Shown in pieces: positions 10,259-20,398 of a stretch of DNA of 64,000 bases. The stretch is from assembly GCA_934772525.1 (NCBI GenBank), contig CAKVMI010000002.1, positions 6,309 to 70,308 on the forward strand. The letters are read 5' to 3'. How positions within the stretch are numbered: the first letter of the stretch is position 1; each line of letters opens with the position of its first letter. Position numbers and translations under genes: made by a program. The notes under the pieces were generated by a model. It did not search any database, was not told the origin of the DNA, and worked only from the letters and a program-made list of their open reading frames with translations. Source of the DNA: an uncultured Clostridia bacterium (lineage in GTDB: Bacteria; Bacillota; Clostridia; Christensenellales; UBA1242).

Positions 10259-10288
10259 GTTTTGGCTTTTTTAATAAGGAGATTAATT

Positions 10289-10714
10289 ATGTATAGAGAA
10301 ATAGATGTTTTAACTATTGAAGATTGTCCAACTAAAATTATTGTATATCATCAAGAATCAAATAAAGGTGTTAAGTTTGGTTCTACCGATACGTGTCTAG
10401 AATCTATAAAGTTTGCTTTTGGTGCGGTTAATGTAGTAAACATTATAGAACTACCAGTTACCAATGGGTTTAGTAGTGAAAGTGCGTATAGTGTAGTATA
10501 TCAAGTACCATCATTATTCGGACGCAAAAATATTTGTAAGAGTATTTGGGTAGAAAGAAATGGTAGCGGTAAACCATGTTTTAAATCAAAGTACAAAATA
10601 TTAAGAGCAAAAGAAACTGGTGCGGGAGTTATTACAAAATATCCAAAGAATGCTATTTGCGAAATGGATGCAACTAAGTTAAAGGGTGAAAGCGACAACG
10701 AGTCACAAAAATAA
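10289..10714 (+). CDS. Hypothetical protein (paralog of the previous gene)
   Basis: Start moved to ATG 10289 (AAGGAGA 5 nt upstream); the TTG at 10262 lacks an SD. No recognised domain. Confidence 0.6.
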   Translation: MYREIDVLTIEDCPTKIIVYHQESNKGVKFGSTDTCLESIKFAFGAVNVVNIIELPVTNGFSSESAYSVVYQVPSLFGRKNICKSIWVERNGSGKPCFKSKYKILRAKETGAGVITKYPKNAICEMDATKLKGESDNESQK

Positions 10715-10772
10715 AACTTTTGTTGCAAATTAAACCTAATTGTTTTATAATAAAAAGCAGTAGGAGAGATAT

Positions 10773-11912
10773 ATGAGAAAACAACTAAGTTTATATATAC
10801 ACATCCCTTTTTGTAACTCTAAGTGCAACTATTGTGCTTTTGTTAGCCAAGTTGCAAGTGATGAGATGAAAGAACAATATGTAGATGCCTTGGTAAAAGA
10901 AATTGTAATGCGTTCTAAAACATATGGAGCAAACCGTGAAGTTACAACCATTTATATTGGTGGCGGTACACCTTCAAGTTTGCCACTTGGTGCGGTAAAG
11001 AAAATAATGAGTGCAGTTTACAATAACTTTGTAGTTTGTAACGATGCCGAAATTACGATTGAAATTAACCCAAATACAATCACAAAAGAAAAGGCGGACG
11101 AATATATGTCTTGCAACATCTCTAGGTTCTCAATAGGGCTACAAATGGCTCAATCACGCTTACTGAGCATTCTTGGACGCACCCATAAGTATCTAGATTT
11201 TAAAAACACTGTCCAAACGCTTCAAAGTGCGGGTGCTACAAATATAAGTGCCGATATAATGCTTGGGCTTCCAACTCAAACTAAAGAAGATATAGTGGAA
11301 ACCATTAAACTTATAGATAGTTTAAACATAAAGCATATAAGTGCGTATTTGCTTTCGGTTGAAGAAGGTACAAGGTTTTACACAATGCTTCAAAATAATG
11401 AGTTAAACTTACCAACCGAAAAAGCCACCATAGAAATGTATTATACAGCATATAATGAACTAAAAAAGCGTGGGTATGTCAGATATGAGTTTTCAAATTT
11501 TGCTAAAATTGGCTACCGCTCAAAACATAATACCGTTTATTGGGAGCGAAAGGAATATTTAGGGCTTGGCGTTTCAGCACATAGTTTTGTAGACGGCTAC
11601 CGTATGGCAAATACTTCAAGCATTCCAAACTACTTGGTACATATTCAAAAAAATGAGATACCGCTTGAGTGTAAAGACCTTTTAAATGAAACCGACGCAA
11701 AGGAAGAAACTATAATGCTTTCACTAAGGCTTGCAGAAGGTATAGACCTAACAAAATATCAAGCGGAGTTTAATTCGTCACTTTTAGACGAGAAAAAACC
11801 CGAAATAGATTTACTTGTAAAAAATAATTTTTTAAAAATCGAAGACAATCACCTAAAAGCAACTGGCGAAGGCTTTATGGTGCTAAATAAAATAATATCT
11901 ATGTTAGTTTAA
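10773..11912 (+). CDS. hemW: Radical SAM heme chaperone HemW (HemN-like, oxygen-independent coproporphyrinogen oxidase family)
   Basis: LYIHIPFCNSKCNYCAF CxxxCxxC radical-SAM motif, GGGTPS, HemN_C-like tail. Conserved position after lepA. Confidence 0.9.
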   Translation: MRKQLSLYIHIPFCNSKCNYCAFVSQVASDEMKEQYVDALVKEIVMRSKTYGANREVTTIYIGGGTPSSLPLGAVKKIMSAVYNNFVVCNDAEITIEINPNTITKEKADEYMSCNISRFSIGLQMAQSRLLSILGRTHKYLDFKNTVQTLQSAGATNISADIMLGLPTQTKEDIVETIKLIDSLNIKHISAYLLSVEEGTRFYTMLQNNELNLPTEKATIEMYYTAYNELKKRGYVRYEFSNFAKIGYRSKHNTVYWERKEYLGLGVSAHSFVDGYRMANTSSIPNYLVHIQKNEIPLECKDLLNETDAKEETIMLSLRLAEGIDLTKYQAEFNSSLLDEKKPEIDLLVKNNFLKIEDNHLKATGEGFMVLNKIISMLV

Positions 11913-11926
11913 ATATATTATAATTA

Positions 11927-11966
11927 TCCGTTTTGAAAACTAGTGTTTTAAAGCGGATTTTCTTTA
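11927..11966 (+). terminator. Terminator after hemW
   Basis: ATCCGTTTT / AAAGCGGAT stem followed by a T-rich run. Confidence 0.6.
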
Positions 11967-11999
11967 TCAAAAATTTTTTATTTTTTTATTTAAAAATAG

Positions 12000-12028
12000 T
12001 TGACAAACAATTTTGATAAGCGTACAAT
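12000..12028 (+). promoter_or_regulatory. Sigma-A promoter of the hrcA-grpE-dnaK-dnaJ operon
   Basis: TTGACA-17 nt-TACAAT, immediately followed by CIRCE. Confidence 0.8.
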
Positions 12029-12029
12029 A

Positions 12030-12056
12030 TTAGCAGTTGTTGGGTAAGAGTGCTAA
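12030..12056 (+). promoter_or_regulatory. CIRCE operator (HrcA binding site)
   Basis: TTAGCAGTT-N9-GAGTGCTAA versus consensus TTAGCACTC-N9-GAGTGCTAA. Confidence 0.9.
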
Positions 12057-12129
12057 CAACTATGTATAAATGAGTGCTAACTTGTATATACTTTAAATTG
12101 TAAATAACGAAATAGGAGGGAAACAAAAA

Positions 12130-13248
12130 TTGTTAAGTGATAGAAAGAAAAAAATATTACAAGCAGTTATAAATGAAAACATCAAAAGTGCTGAGCCTAT
12201 TTCTAGTAAAGATTTGCAAGAAAAATATTTTAATTCGGTATCTAGTGCAACAATTAGAAACGAATTAAATGGACTTGAAGAAATGGGGTACTTATCTCAC
12301 CCACATACATCAAGCGGAAGAGTTCCAACCACAACGGGGTTTAAAAAATACATTGCCGAACTTATGCCCGAAGAACAATTAACCAAAGCCGAAGTTGCCG
12401 AACTAAAATCTAACTTTAATACAAAAATTAATGGTATAGAAGAACTTGCTGTTATATCGGCAGGGGCAATTAGTAAAGCAACCAATTATGCTTCGGTGGT
12501 TTATATGGGGTTATCTCAAGACGCTGTTATAGAAAGTATAAAACTTGTAAAAGTTGTAGACGAAATGTGTCTTGCTATAATTGTTACCGATATGGGTGTT
12601 ATTAAAGATATTACAATTAGTTTACCAAAAGATGCAACCGATGACGATGTAATAACCGCTGGTAGAATAATAAGTGAAGCGGTTAGCGGTAAAACAATTG
12701 CCGAACTTGGTCAGATTGATATGGCGGAATTAATTAGTGATAATTTAGATAACTACCGATTGTTCTTTGAAGAATTAATAGATGCAATAATAGAACGTGG
12801 CGAGAAAAAGATTGTGAAGTACGATGGTGCAAGTAATTTACTTGACCAACCCGAATACAAGTCTATTGAAAAAGCAAAAAAAGCAATAAGTATTTTTGAA
12901 AACCGAAAGGTTTTGACTCCACTATTAGAATCTGGCAACGACCTAGAAATAAATATTAGTGTTGGTGCAAACGAAGACAACGATTGTTCGGTAGTCAGTG
13001 CCACATACAAAATAAATGGTAAAGAGATTGGAAAAGCGGGTGTTGTAGGGCCAGTTCGAATGGACTATGCAAAAGCCGTTAGCGTATTAAAAGAAATCAA
13101 TAATACCATTGCAGAAAATGTAAATATTGGTCATAATATGGGCAGATTGACAAGTTATGGCCAACAAAACGGAAACCAACAAAAATATGTCGGTTACCGC
13201 AACAAAAATAAAATTAAGAAAAGGGGAGATGTACCGAAAAATGGGTGA
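12130..13248 (+). CDS. hrcA: Heat-inducible transcription repressor HrcA
   Basis: TTG start with AGGAGGG SD. MLSDRKKKILQAVI.. wHTH N-terminus; operon context. Lys-rich C-terminal tail. Confidence 0.9.
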   Translation: MLSDRKKKILQAVINENIKSAEPISSKDLQEKYFNSVSSATIRNELNGLEEMGYLSHPHTSSGRVPTTTGFKKYIAELMPEEQLTKAEVAELKSNFNTKINGIEELAVISAGAISKATNYASVVYMGLSQDAVIESIKLVKVVDEMCLAIIVTDMGVIKDITISLPKDATDDDVITAGRIISEAVSGKTIAELGQIDMAELISDNLDNYRLFFEELIDAIIERGEKKIVKYDGASNLLDQPEYKSIEKAKKAISIFENRKVLTPLLESGNDLEINISVGANEDNDCSVVSATYKINGKEIGKAGVVGPVRMDYAKAVSVLKEINNTIAENVNIGHNMGRLTSYGQQNGNQQKYVGYRNKNKIKKRGDVPKNG

Positions 13249-13840
13249 AGTAGAAAAAGAAACAGCTGACAAAAATTTGAAGCAAAACAAAGAAAATCAA
13301 AAAGCAACATCCGAAAATGCAAAAAAGGCTGATGAAAGTAAGCCAACCGAAGTGTTAGATATAACAACAATGGCAGAGTACATAAAACTTCAAGACGAGT
13401 TAAAACTAGCAAAAGAAGCAGTTAAAGAAAGTATGGAAATGGTAAAGTCATTTAAGCAAGATGTAGACCGTATAAAGGAACGTAGCGAAAGAATGACCGA
13501 AGAACTTACCGAAAAAATCACAATAGGCCTTGCAGGAAAGGTTATCCCTATTTTAGATAACTTTGAAAAGTCGTTGGAACATATATCTAATGAAAATGAT
13601 AAAAAGGGCGTTGAAATGATTTTTAATGGATTAAAGAACGCTTTAAAGGATATGAAAGTTTATTCGCTTGAATTAAATTCTGGGGTGTTTGACCCCGAAA
13701 AAATGGAAGCCGTTAGTGCGGTAAACGCTGAAAACGACGACCAAGTCGGAACAATACATAGTGTTGTAAGAACGGGTTATTACTATGAGCCTACCGACAA
13801 GGTGATAAGATACACCCAAGTCGTAGTATACAATAAGTAA
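13241..13840 (+). CDS. grpE: Nucleotide exchange factor GrpE (start ambiguous: 13157, 13229 or 13241)
   Basis: Coiled-coil N-terminus and GrpE C-terminal beta domain (VxRxGYxxxxKVIRYxxV). ATG 13241 overlaps the hrcA stop (ATGGGTGA) and follows GGGGAG; 13157 would overlap hrcA by 92 nt with no SD. Confidence 0.85.
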   Translation: MGEVEKETADKNLKQNKENQKATSENAKKADESKPTEVLDITTMAEYIKLQDELKLAKEAVKESMEMVKSFKQDVDRIKERSERMTEELTEKITIGLAGKVIPILDNFEKSLEHISNENDKKGVEMIFNGLKNALKDMKVYSLELNSGVFDPEKMEAVSAVNAENDDQVGTIHSVVRTGYYYEPTDKVIRYTQVVVYNK

Positions 13841-13866
13841 ATTATTTTTTAAGGAGAATATATATT

Positions 13867-15654
13867 ATGGGAAAAATTATAGGTATTGATTTAGGTACAA
13901 CTAACTCGTGCGTAGCAGTTATGGAAGGTGGCGAACCAACCGTTATTCCTAACGCCGAAGGTAGTAGAACTACTCCAAGTGTAGTAGGTTTTACAAAGGA
14001 TGGCGAAAGACTTGTAGGTCAAGTTGCTAAGCGTCAAGCCGTTGCAAATGCTGAAAACACCGTACAATCTATTAAAAGGGATATGGGTAGTGATAGAAAG
14101 GTAAAAGTAGGTGGCAAAGAGTATAGCCCACAAGAAATTTCTGCAATGATACTTCAAAAGTTAAAAGCAGATGCTGAAAAGTATTTGGGTCAAAAGGTAA
14201 CTCAAGCAGTTATCACCGTTCCAGCATACTTTACCGACTCTCAACGTCAAGCAACTAAGGATGCTGGTAAAATTGCTGGTCTTGATGTATTGAGAATTAT
14301 AAATGAACCAACCGCAGCCGCACTAAGTTATGGTCTAGATAAACTAAATGGTGCAACTCAAAAAGTTTTGGTTTATGACCTTGGTGGTGGTACATTCGAT
14401 ATTTCTGTACTAGAAATTTCTGATGGTGTATTCCAAGTACTCGCAACTGCTGGTAATAACCGTCTAGGTGGCGATGACTTTGATGAAAGAATTATGAAGT
14501 ACTTAATTGAAGAATTTAAAAAGACAAACGGAATTGATTTAAGTACAGATAAAATGGCTATGCAAAGATTAAAAGAAGCAGCCGAAAAGACCAAAATTGA
14601 ACTTTCTGGTTGCATGAAGAGTACCGTTAGTTTGCCATTTATTACAGCAGATGCTAATGGTCCAAAGCACCTAGAAGTAGAACTTACAAGAGCTAAGTTT
14701 GAAAGTTTAATTGAAGACCTTGTTAACCAAACAATTGACTTAACCAAAAAGGCTATGAGCGATGCAAAACTAGAAAAGAGTGATATTGCAAAGATTATTA
14801 TGGTTGGTGGTTCTACACGTGTTCCTATGGTAATTGATAAGGTTAGAGAATACTTAGGTAAAGAACCATTTACTGGTATCAACCCAGATGAATGCGTTGC
14901 AATTGGTGCAGCAATTCAAGGTGGTGTACTTGGCGGTGATGTAAAAGATGTATTGCTACTAGATGTTACTCCACTAAGTTTGGGTATTGAAACTATGGGT
15001 GGTGTATTTACAAAGTTAATTGAAAGAAATACAACCATTCCAGCGAAGAAGTCTCAAATCTTCTCAACCGCAACAGATAACCAACCAGGCGTAGATATTC
15101 ATGTATTGCAAGGTGAAAGAGAACTTGCCGCATACAACAAAACACTTGGTAGATTTGAACTAACTGGTATTGCTCCAGCTCCACGTGGAGTTCCACAAAT
15201 CGAAGTTACATTTGATATTGATGCCAATGGTATCGTTCATGTATCTGCAAAAGATTTAGGAACTGGCAAATCTCAAGATATTACAATTACTGCATCAAGT
15301 AACCTAAGCGATGAAGAAATTGATAAGGCTGTAAAAGAAGCCGAAAAGTACGCCGAAGAAGATAAGAAGCGTAAGGAAGTTGTAGATACCAAGAATAGTT
15401 TGGATCAAATGATTGCTGGTATCGAAAAGGTTATGAAGGAAAGCGGAGATAAGCTAACCGAAGAAGATAAAACTAAGTTAACTGGCGAAATGGAATCTGC
15501 TAAGGAAGTTTACAAAAATAGTGATGATGTAGAAAAACTAAAAGAAGCACTAGAAAACTTAACAAAGGTTTCTAATGAAATATTTACAAAACTATATCAA
15601 AATGTAAGACCTGATGCAAATGCTGATGGAAACGGCTCAACCGAAAATAAGTAA
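13867..15654 (+). CDS. dnaK: Molecular chaperone DnaK (Hsp70)
   Basis: [17 protein letters not shown], full Hsp70 architecture. Confidence 0.98.
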   Translation: MGKIIGIDLGTTNSCVAVMEGGEPTVIPNAEGSRTTPSVVGFTKDGERLVGQVAKRQAVANAENTVQSIKRDMGSDRKVKVGGKEYSPQEISAMILQKLKADAEKYLGQKVTQAVITVPAYFTDSQRQATKDAGKIAGLDVLRIINEPTAAALSYGLDKLNGATQKVLVYDLGGGTFDISVLEISDGVFQVLATAGNNRLGGDDFDERIMKYLIEEFKKTNGIDLSTDKMAMQRLKEAAEKTKIELSGCMKSTVSLPFITADANGPKHLEVELTRAKFESLIEDLVNQTIDLTKKAMSDAKLEKSDIAKIIMVGGSTRVPMVIDKVREYLGKEPFTGINPDECVAIGAAIQGGVLGGDVKDVLLLDVTPLSLGIETMGGVFTKLIERNTTIPAKKSQIFSTATDNQPGVDIHVLQGERELAAYNKTLGRFELTGIAPAPRGVPQIEVTFDIDANGIVHVSAKDLGTGKSQDITITASSNLSDEEIDKAVKEAEKYAEEDKKRKEVVDTKNSLDQMIAGIEKVMKESGDKLTEEDKTKLTGEMESAKEVYKNSDDVEKLKEALENLTKVSNEIFTKLYQNVRPDANADGNGSTENK

Positions 15655-15665
15655 ATAAAATCTAA

Positions 15666-15699
15666 TTTGTGGGGTAGGTGGAAGTTATCTACCCCCAAA
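15666..15699 (+). terminator. Intercistronic hairpin between dnaK and dnaJ (attenuator or stability element)
   Basis: GGGGTAG / CTACCCC stem extended by TTTG/CAAA. Weak U-run only. Confidence 0.45.
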
Positions 15700-15720
15700 T
15701 CTTTATAAAGGAACAAAAAA

Positions 15721-16866
15721 GTGGCAAATAGTAAAAATTATTATGAAATACTAGGCGTTAGCAAAACTGCAACCGATGATGAAATAAAGTCGGCGTATAG
15801 AACACTTGCAAAAAAATATCACCCCGATTTAAACCCGGGTGATGCAACGTGTGCAGAAAAACTAAAGGAAGTAAACGAAGCATACTCAGTTTTGTCAGAT
15901 AAGCAAAAGCGTGCCAACTATGACCAGTTTGGTTCCGCTGAAGGTTTTGCGGGTGCAAATGGCGGTGGTTTTGGTGGCTTTAGTGGTGACTTTTCAGGCT
16001 TTGGCGGTTTTGAAGACATATTCAGTAATATGTTTGGTGGAATGTTTGGCGGTGCTGGAAGAAGTTCTAGGTCTACGGGTCCAACTCCAATGCATGGCGA
16101 AGATATTGATGTTAAGGTAGATTTAACATTTACCGAAGCATGTTTAGGTGTAAAGAAAACTATTAAAGTCAATCGCAATGAAAATTGTGATGCTTGTCAC
16201 GGTACAGGCGCAAAAAACGGCACTGAAGTAGAAACTTGTTCTACTTGTCATGGGTCTGGTAGAGTAAGAGTTACACGTAACACAATGCTTGGTCAAATGG
16301 TTACCGAAACTACTTGTCCAGATTGCTCGGGTGCTGGTAAACGTATAAAAACAAAGTGCGATAAATGTAACGGCAAGGGTACTATAAGAGTAGGTAAAGA
16401 AATAGAAGTAAACATTCCTGCTGGCATAGATGAAGGTCAAGTTATATACCTAAAAGGTCAAGGCGAAGCGGGTAAAAATGGTGGGTCAAATGGCGATATT
16501 CGAATTATTACTCGCATTCAACCAAGTAAGGTTTATACCCGTCAAGGAGCCGACTTATTTATAGATGTATATATTCCATTTACGGTTGCATTAACGGGTG
16601 GCAAAGTAAATATTCCGCTAGTAACTGGCGAAAATTATTCACTAGAAATTCCAGAACTTGTACAAAGCGGTACCGTTTTAACCATTCGTGGCAAGGGTGC
16701 TAAGGTTTTAAATCGTGAAAGTTATGGTTCTATTTATGCAAAAATTTATGTCGAAATGCCGAAGTCACTCACACGTGACCAAAAGAAAATGGTTTCTACA
16801 TTCATTCAAGCATTTGACACTAAAGACTTCCCAAAGTCAAATGATTTTCAAAAAAAGACTAATTAA
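15721..16866 (+). CDS. dnaJ: Co-chaperone DnaJ
   Basis: GTG start. J-domain YYEILGV..KYHPD, G/F region, four CxxCxGxG zinc-finger repeats. Confidence 0.97.
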   Translation: MANSKNYYEILGVSKTATDDEIKSAYRTLAKKYHPDLNPGDATCAEKLKEVNEAYSVLSDKQKRANYDQFGSAEGFAGANGGGFGGFSGDFSGFGGFEDIFSNMFGGMFGGAGRSSRSTGPTPMHGEDIDVKVDLTFTEACLGVKKTIKVNRNENCDACHGTGAKNGTEVETCSTCHGSGRVRVTRNTMLGQMVTETTCPDCSGAGKRIKTKCDKCNGKGTIRVGKEIEVNIPAGIDEGQVIYLKGQGEAGKNGGSNGDIRIITRIQPSKVYTRQGADLFIDVYIPFTVALTGGKVNIPLVTGENYSLEIPELVQSGTVLTIRGKGAKVLNRESYGSIYAKIYVEMPKSLTRDQKKMVSTFIQAFDTKDFPKSNDFQKKTN

Positions 16867-16883
16867 TAGTATAATTTAAAAGG

Positions 16884-16923
16884 ATAGGTTATAAGTCTAT
16901 ATTAGATGCATAACCTATTTTTT
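16884..16923 (+). terminator. Terminator of the dnaK operon
   Basis: ATAGGTTAT / ATAACCTAT stem followed by T6. Confidence 0.8.
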
Positions 16924-17053
16924 AATAAGTAAATAAATACAATAGGTAGAAGCCAATAATACAGCCAATACCAAATTTTGATGAGCCATAATAAACTTTT
17001 ACGCCCCACCCGTTTTTCATAATTAGTAATTATATTTCATAATATTTAATATA

Positions 17054-17665
17054 ATGGCAAGGTTAATAAAGTCACGAGCAATAAAGGGTTTTATAGTTTC
17101 CAATAAGGTACTATTTGTAGTCGGATACATCTGTATTATTATTGGAATAGTTGTTGGCGTGTGCATTGGAGTTTCGGGCGAAAGTGCAGTTATATTCTCA
17201 TCTAGCACGGTAACTATTGAAGAATTAATCACGGGAGAATATAGTTCGGTTAGTTTATTCTTTTCAAGTTTTTTTAAAATATTGTTACCAATATTTATAA
17301 TATTTGTTTTTAGTTTAAATAAGTTTACTGGCGTGTTAGATTTTATTTACTTAATGTATCAAGGGTTGCTTTTAGGTTTATCTGCAACGGGTGTAATTCA
17401 GGAAAACGGACTAACGGGTGCATTAAATACCTTAATATTCATTTCACCCGTAAATTTGATTAATTTAACCATTATTAACTACGCTAGTGCATTATTTATC
17501 AAACGACGAGAATACGCCCAAAAATTCCACAAAAACTTTGTAGAAAGCACAAGTTATTATACAAGCGAGATAATTGGACTGATTATTGGTGTGATTATAT
17601 CAAGTTTTTTATATGGTGTAGTTTACCCTACAATTTTAAAATCTATGATAATAATAAATTACTAA
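17054..17665 (+). CDS. Polytopic membrane protein, SpoIIM/DUF95-like (tentative)
   Basis: About 5 TM segments. Layout and the ..SPVNLINL.. region resemble stage II sporulation protein M. No SD upstream. Confidence 0.4.
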   Translation: MARLIKSRAIKGFIVSNKVLFVVGYICIIIGIVVGVCIGVSGESAVIFSSSTVTIEELITGEYSSVSLFFSSFFKILLPIFIIFVFSLNKFTGVLDFIYLMYQGLLLGLSATGVIQENGLTGALNTLIFISPVNLINLTIINYASALFIKRREYAQKFHKNFVESTSYYTSEIIGLIIGVIISSFLYGVVYPTILKSMIIINY

Positions 17666-17704
17666 AATTCCGATGCTAAATACGAAAAAATGCTAAAAGT
17701 AAAA

Positions 17705-17745
17705 TTAAAAAAACTCCGTAAGATAATTCTTACAGAGTTTTTTTA
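17705..17745. terminator. Bidirectional terminator between convergent genes
   Basis: AACTCCGTAAG / CTTACAGAGTT stem flanked by an A-run and a T-run. Confidence 0.75.
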
Positions 17746-17748
17746 GTA

Positions 17749-18072
17749 TTAAAATGCAGTTGAGTGTAATTTTTTTCTTTCATTATATGTAGTAAATACA
17801 TTGCATCTGGTATCGTGGTCAGATTCTAATACAAGGTAAGGACATTCGTTTTTGTCATATTTTACAGCAAATACAACAACGGAATTTGCCTTTGCATTAG
17901 GAAAGTCTATAGGTGGCTTTGCAACCGAATAAAATCTACCGTCACTGCTTTTAATTAAGTCTAACATTGTAAAAGCAAACTTTTCGCCTTGTTTTGTTTT
18001 TAACATTATGTTATTGCTTTTTGTCATTTTAAGTTTGGTTAAAAATTCTTCTTTTAGTTTAGTTTCGTTCAT
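17749..18072 (-). CDS. Small cytoplasmic protein, DUF1292-like (tentative)
   Basis: 107 aa. Pattern ..GEKFAFTMLDLI...GRFY.. then ..VVVFAVKYD...YLVLESD resembles the DUF1292 two-strand repeat layout. Confidence 0.4.
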   Translation of the reverse strand: MNETKLKEEFLTKLKMTKSNNIMLKTKQGEKFAFTMLDLIKSSDGRFYSVAKPPIDFPNAKANSVVVFAVKYDKNECPYLVLESDHDTRCNVFTTYNERKKLHSTAF

Positions 18073-18233
18073 TATTTGCCCCCAATATAAAACTAAATTT
18101 TGCCCTTTACAAAATCTGTAAAATTATTATAGCACAATTTTGCAAAAAATCAATGGGGTCGGGTAATTTTTGTTATTTTTATTAGGTTGACTTAGGTTGC
18201 AAGTTGTGGTAACATTATTATCGGAGCAAAGTT

Positions 18234-19211
18234 ATGTTAGAAAAAATTATATTAAACAGTGCAAGTTTCAATAGACTAAAAACCGAAGTGCAAAACAATC
18301 GGTTGTTTCATGCTCTAATGTTTATTAGTGAAGATAAAGTCATTCAAGAAGAATTTACTAAATGTATATTAAAATTGCTCTTTTGTGAAAATTTAAAAAA
18401 TGGAGAGTTTTGCAATAATTGTAACAACTGCAAAAATGCCGAAAAACTCATCCATCCAGATATTTTAGTTTACGGCAAAGAAAAAACTATAGATATAGAT
18501 GATGCCGAAGAAATTGTAACAAATGCACCCGTAAGACCATATTCTGCAAACAAAAAGGTATATTTGTTGTACAATTTTGATGAAGTAAATAAAACGGTAG
18601 AAAATAAACTATTAAAGACTATAGAAGAACCGCCCGCTGACTGTATGTTTATATTGCTAGTTTCTAATACAAATAAACTTTTACAAACTACACTTAGTCG
18701 TACTCAAAAAGTATTTTTAGAAGCGGTTCCAGATTCGGTTTTGGTAGATATTTTAAAGAAAAATGGCTCTAGTGACGCCGAAATTATTGCCACTGAAAGT
18801 TGCGGAAACGTTCAAAAGGCGTTGGCGCTTGCTGGTAAATCGGAAGTAAAAGAGATTAACAACTTAGTTATTGATTGTTTACAAAATATGAATTCTACTG
18901 TAAAAATTTTAGATTATGCTGTAAAAATGCAATCACTTGGTGATATGCTTGAAGAAAGTATAGATGCGTTGCAGTTTACACTGCTTGATGTTATAAGAAT
19001 TAAGTCGGGTAATATTGACTTAGTTTCAAATAAATCAAATTTAGCAAAATTAAAGCAGATAGCGGATGAATTATCGTTTACCGCATTAACTAAAATCGTA
19101 GAACAAACCTACGAAGCAAAAGCAATGATAGATGCCAATGTTTCTAAGGTAAATATAATAGACCAGTTATTATTAAAAATTGTGGAGGTAAGAATAAAAT
19201 GCAAGAAGTAG
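18234..19211 (+). CDS. holB: DNA polymerase III subunit delta' (HolB)
   Basis: FHALMF, Cys-rich zinc module CNNCNNC, LLKTIEEPP, TLSRTQ. Followed by the PSP1 gene as in Bacillus. Confidence 0.85.
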   Translation: MLEKIILNSASFNRLKTEVQNNRLFHALMFISEDKVIQEEFTKCILKLLFCENLKNGEFCNNCNNCKNAEKLIHPDILVYGKEKTIDIDDAEEIVTNAPVRPYSANKKVYLLYNFDEVNKTVENKLLKTIEEPPADCMFILLVSNTNKLLQTTLSRTQKVFLEAVPDSVLVDILKKNGSSDAEIIATESCGNVQKALALAGKSEVKEINNLVIDCLQNMNSTVKILDYAVKMQSLGDMLEESIDALQFTLLDVIRIKSGNIDLVSNKSNLAKLKQIADELSFTALTKIVEQTYEAKAMIDANVSKVNIIDQLLLKIVEVRIKCKK

Positions 19212-20398
19212 TAGGAATAAGTTTTCGCCAAGCAACCAAAACATATTACTTTAGTCCAATAGACGAAGATGTTTTGGTAGGGGATGAAGTCGTTGTAGAA
19301 ACTGCAAATGGTCAAGCGGTTGGTGTCGTAACCAAAGCAAAGTTTCAAGTAGAAGACTCTGAGATTGAGCCACCACTAAGACCAGTTATTCGAAAGGTAA
19401 CTGCCGAAGATAAAGAAAAATTAGAGAAATTAAAGAAAAAAGCCGAAGATAATTTGCCAGTAATAGTAGAAAAAATAGAAAAACTAAATCTTCCTATGAA
19501 GGTAATAGAGGTTCAATATTCCTTCGATGGTACCAAGGTTACAATTTCATATACCAGTGAAGATAGGGTAGACTTTAGAGAATTGTTAAAGGTACTCGCT
19601 AGTGCATTAAAAACCAAAATTGAATTGCGTCAAATTGGTATACGTGATGAAGTTAAGGCGGTTGGAGCGCTTGGGCTATGTGGAAGACCATGTTGTTGCA
19701 CAACATTTTTGCAACAAGGTGAGCACGTTGTGGTAAAAATGGCAAAAACGCAAAATATGTCACTTTCTCCATCTAAAACAGGCGGAGCGTGTGGCAAAAT
19801 GATGTGTTGCTTAGCATACGAAGAGCCAGTTTACAGAGAACTGCTTGCAAAAATGCCAAAGGTCGGTTCAACTATTGAAACTCCCGAAGGTAAGGGGGTT
19901 GTTCACGCTAATGATATAATTCGTGGCACAATAACCGTTAAAGTATATTCTGATGATGATAGTTTTAAATTTGTAGATTACCGTTGTTCAGAACTTGGAA
20001 TAAATTTATATGGTGACGAACCCGTTCCACAAAGTTGTTGCACTAAAAGCGGATGCTTAGGTTGTGGCAATACTAATCAATCTTGCGAAAAGTGCAAAAC
20101 TGAAGTAACAAAAACAGAAACTAACGAAACTGAAAAAAGCGAATTTAAAAATTTTACTCAAGCCGAAAAAACTGAAATAATCAACAAGTTTAACGAAGCA
20201 AAATCAACCAACCAACCCGAAAATTTGCAAACTCAAACAAAAAAAGTTGATTTTAACGAAACAAATGTTTATAATAAAAAGGATGAAAGAGAAGATTCTT
20301 CGTCTAAAAATAATTTTAGAAAAAACAAAAAGGATAGACGAAATCGTCACAATAACTTTCATCGAAACTTTAAGCCTAAAAAAGGAGAAAATTTGTAA
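19199..20398 (+). CDS. ricT: PSP1-domain protein (YaaT/RicT-like) with Cys-rich, Lys/Asn-rich C-terminal extension
   Basis: PSP1 C-terminal domain with CGRPCCC and GACGKMMCCLAYE Cys clusters. Overlaps the holB stop. Stop overlaps the next start (TAATG). Confidence 0.85.
   Translation: MQEVVGISFRQATKTYYFSPIDEDVLVGDEVVVETANGQAVGVVTKAKFQVEDSEIEPPLRPVIRKVTAEDKEKLEKLKKKAEDNLPVIVEKIEKLNLPMKVIEVQYSFDGTKVTISYTSEDRVDFRELLKVLASALKTKIELRQIGIRDEVKAVGALGLCGRPCCCTTFLQQGEHVVVKMAKTQNMSLSPSKTGGACGKMMCCLAYEEPVYRELLAKMPKVGSTIETPEGKGVVHANDIIRGTITVKVYSDDDSFKFVDYRCSELGINLYGDEPVPQSCCTKSGCLGCGNTNQSCEKCKTEVTKTETNETEKSEFKNFTQAEKTEIINKFNEAKSTNQPENLQTQTKKVDFNETNVYNKKDEREDSSSKNNFRKNKKDRRNRHNNFHRNFKPKKGENL

Noticed and set aside
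14373-14882. 169-aa antisense ORF inside dnaK, and similar ORFs at 13891-14157, 15008-15196, 15758-16440
   Set aside because: They lie inside unmistakable dnaK/dnaJ coding sequence, have no SD and a low-complexity shadow composition.
16922-17020. 32-codon hydrophobic ORF on the minus strand (MKNGWGVKVYYGSSKFGIGCIIGFYLLYLFTY), resembling a type I toxin or small membrane peptide
   Set aside because: It has no SD or recognisable promoter, and its 3' end overlaps the dnaJ terminator stem. Not supportable without expression data.
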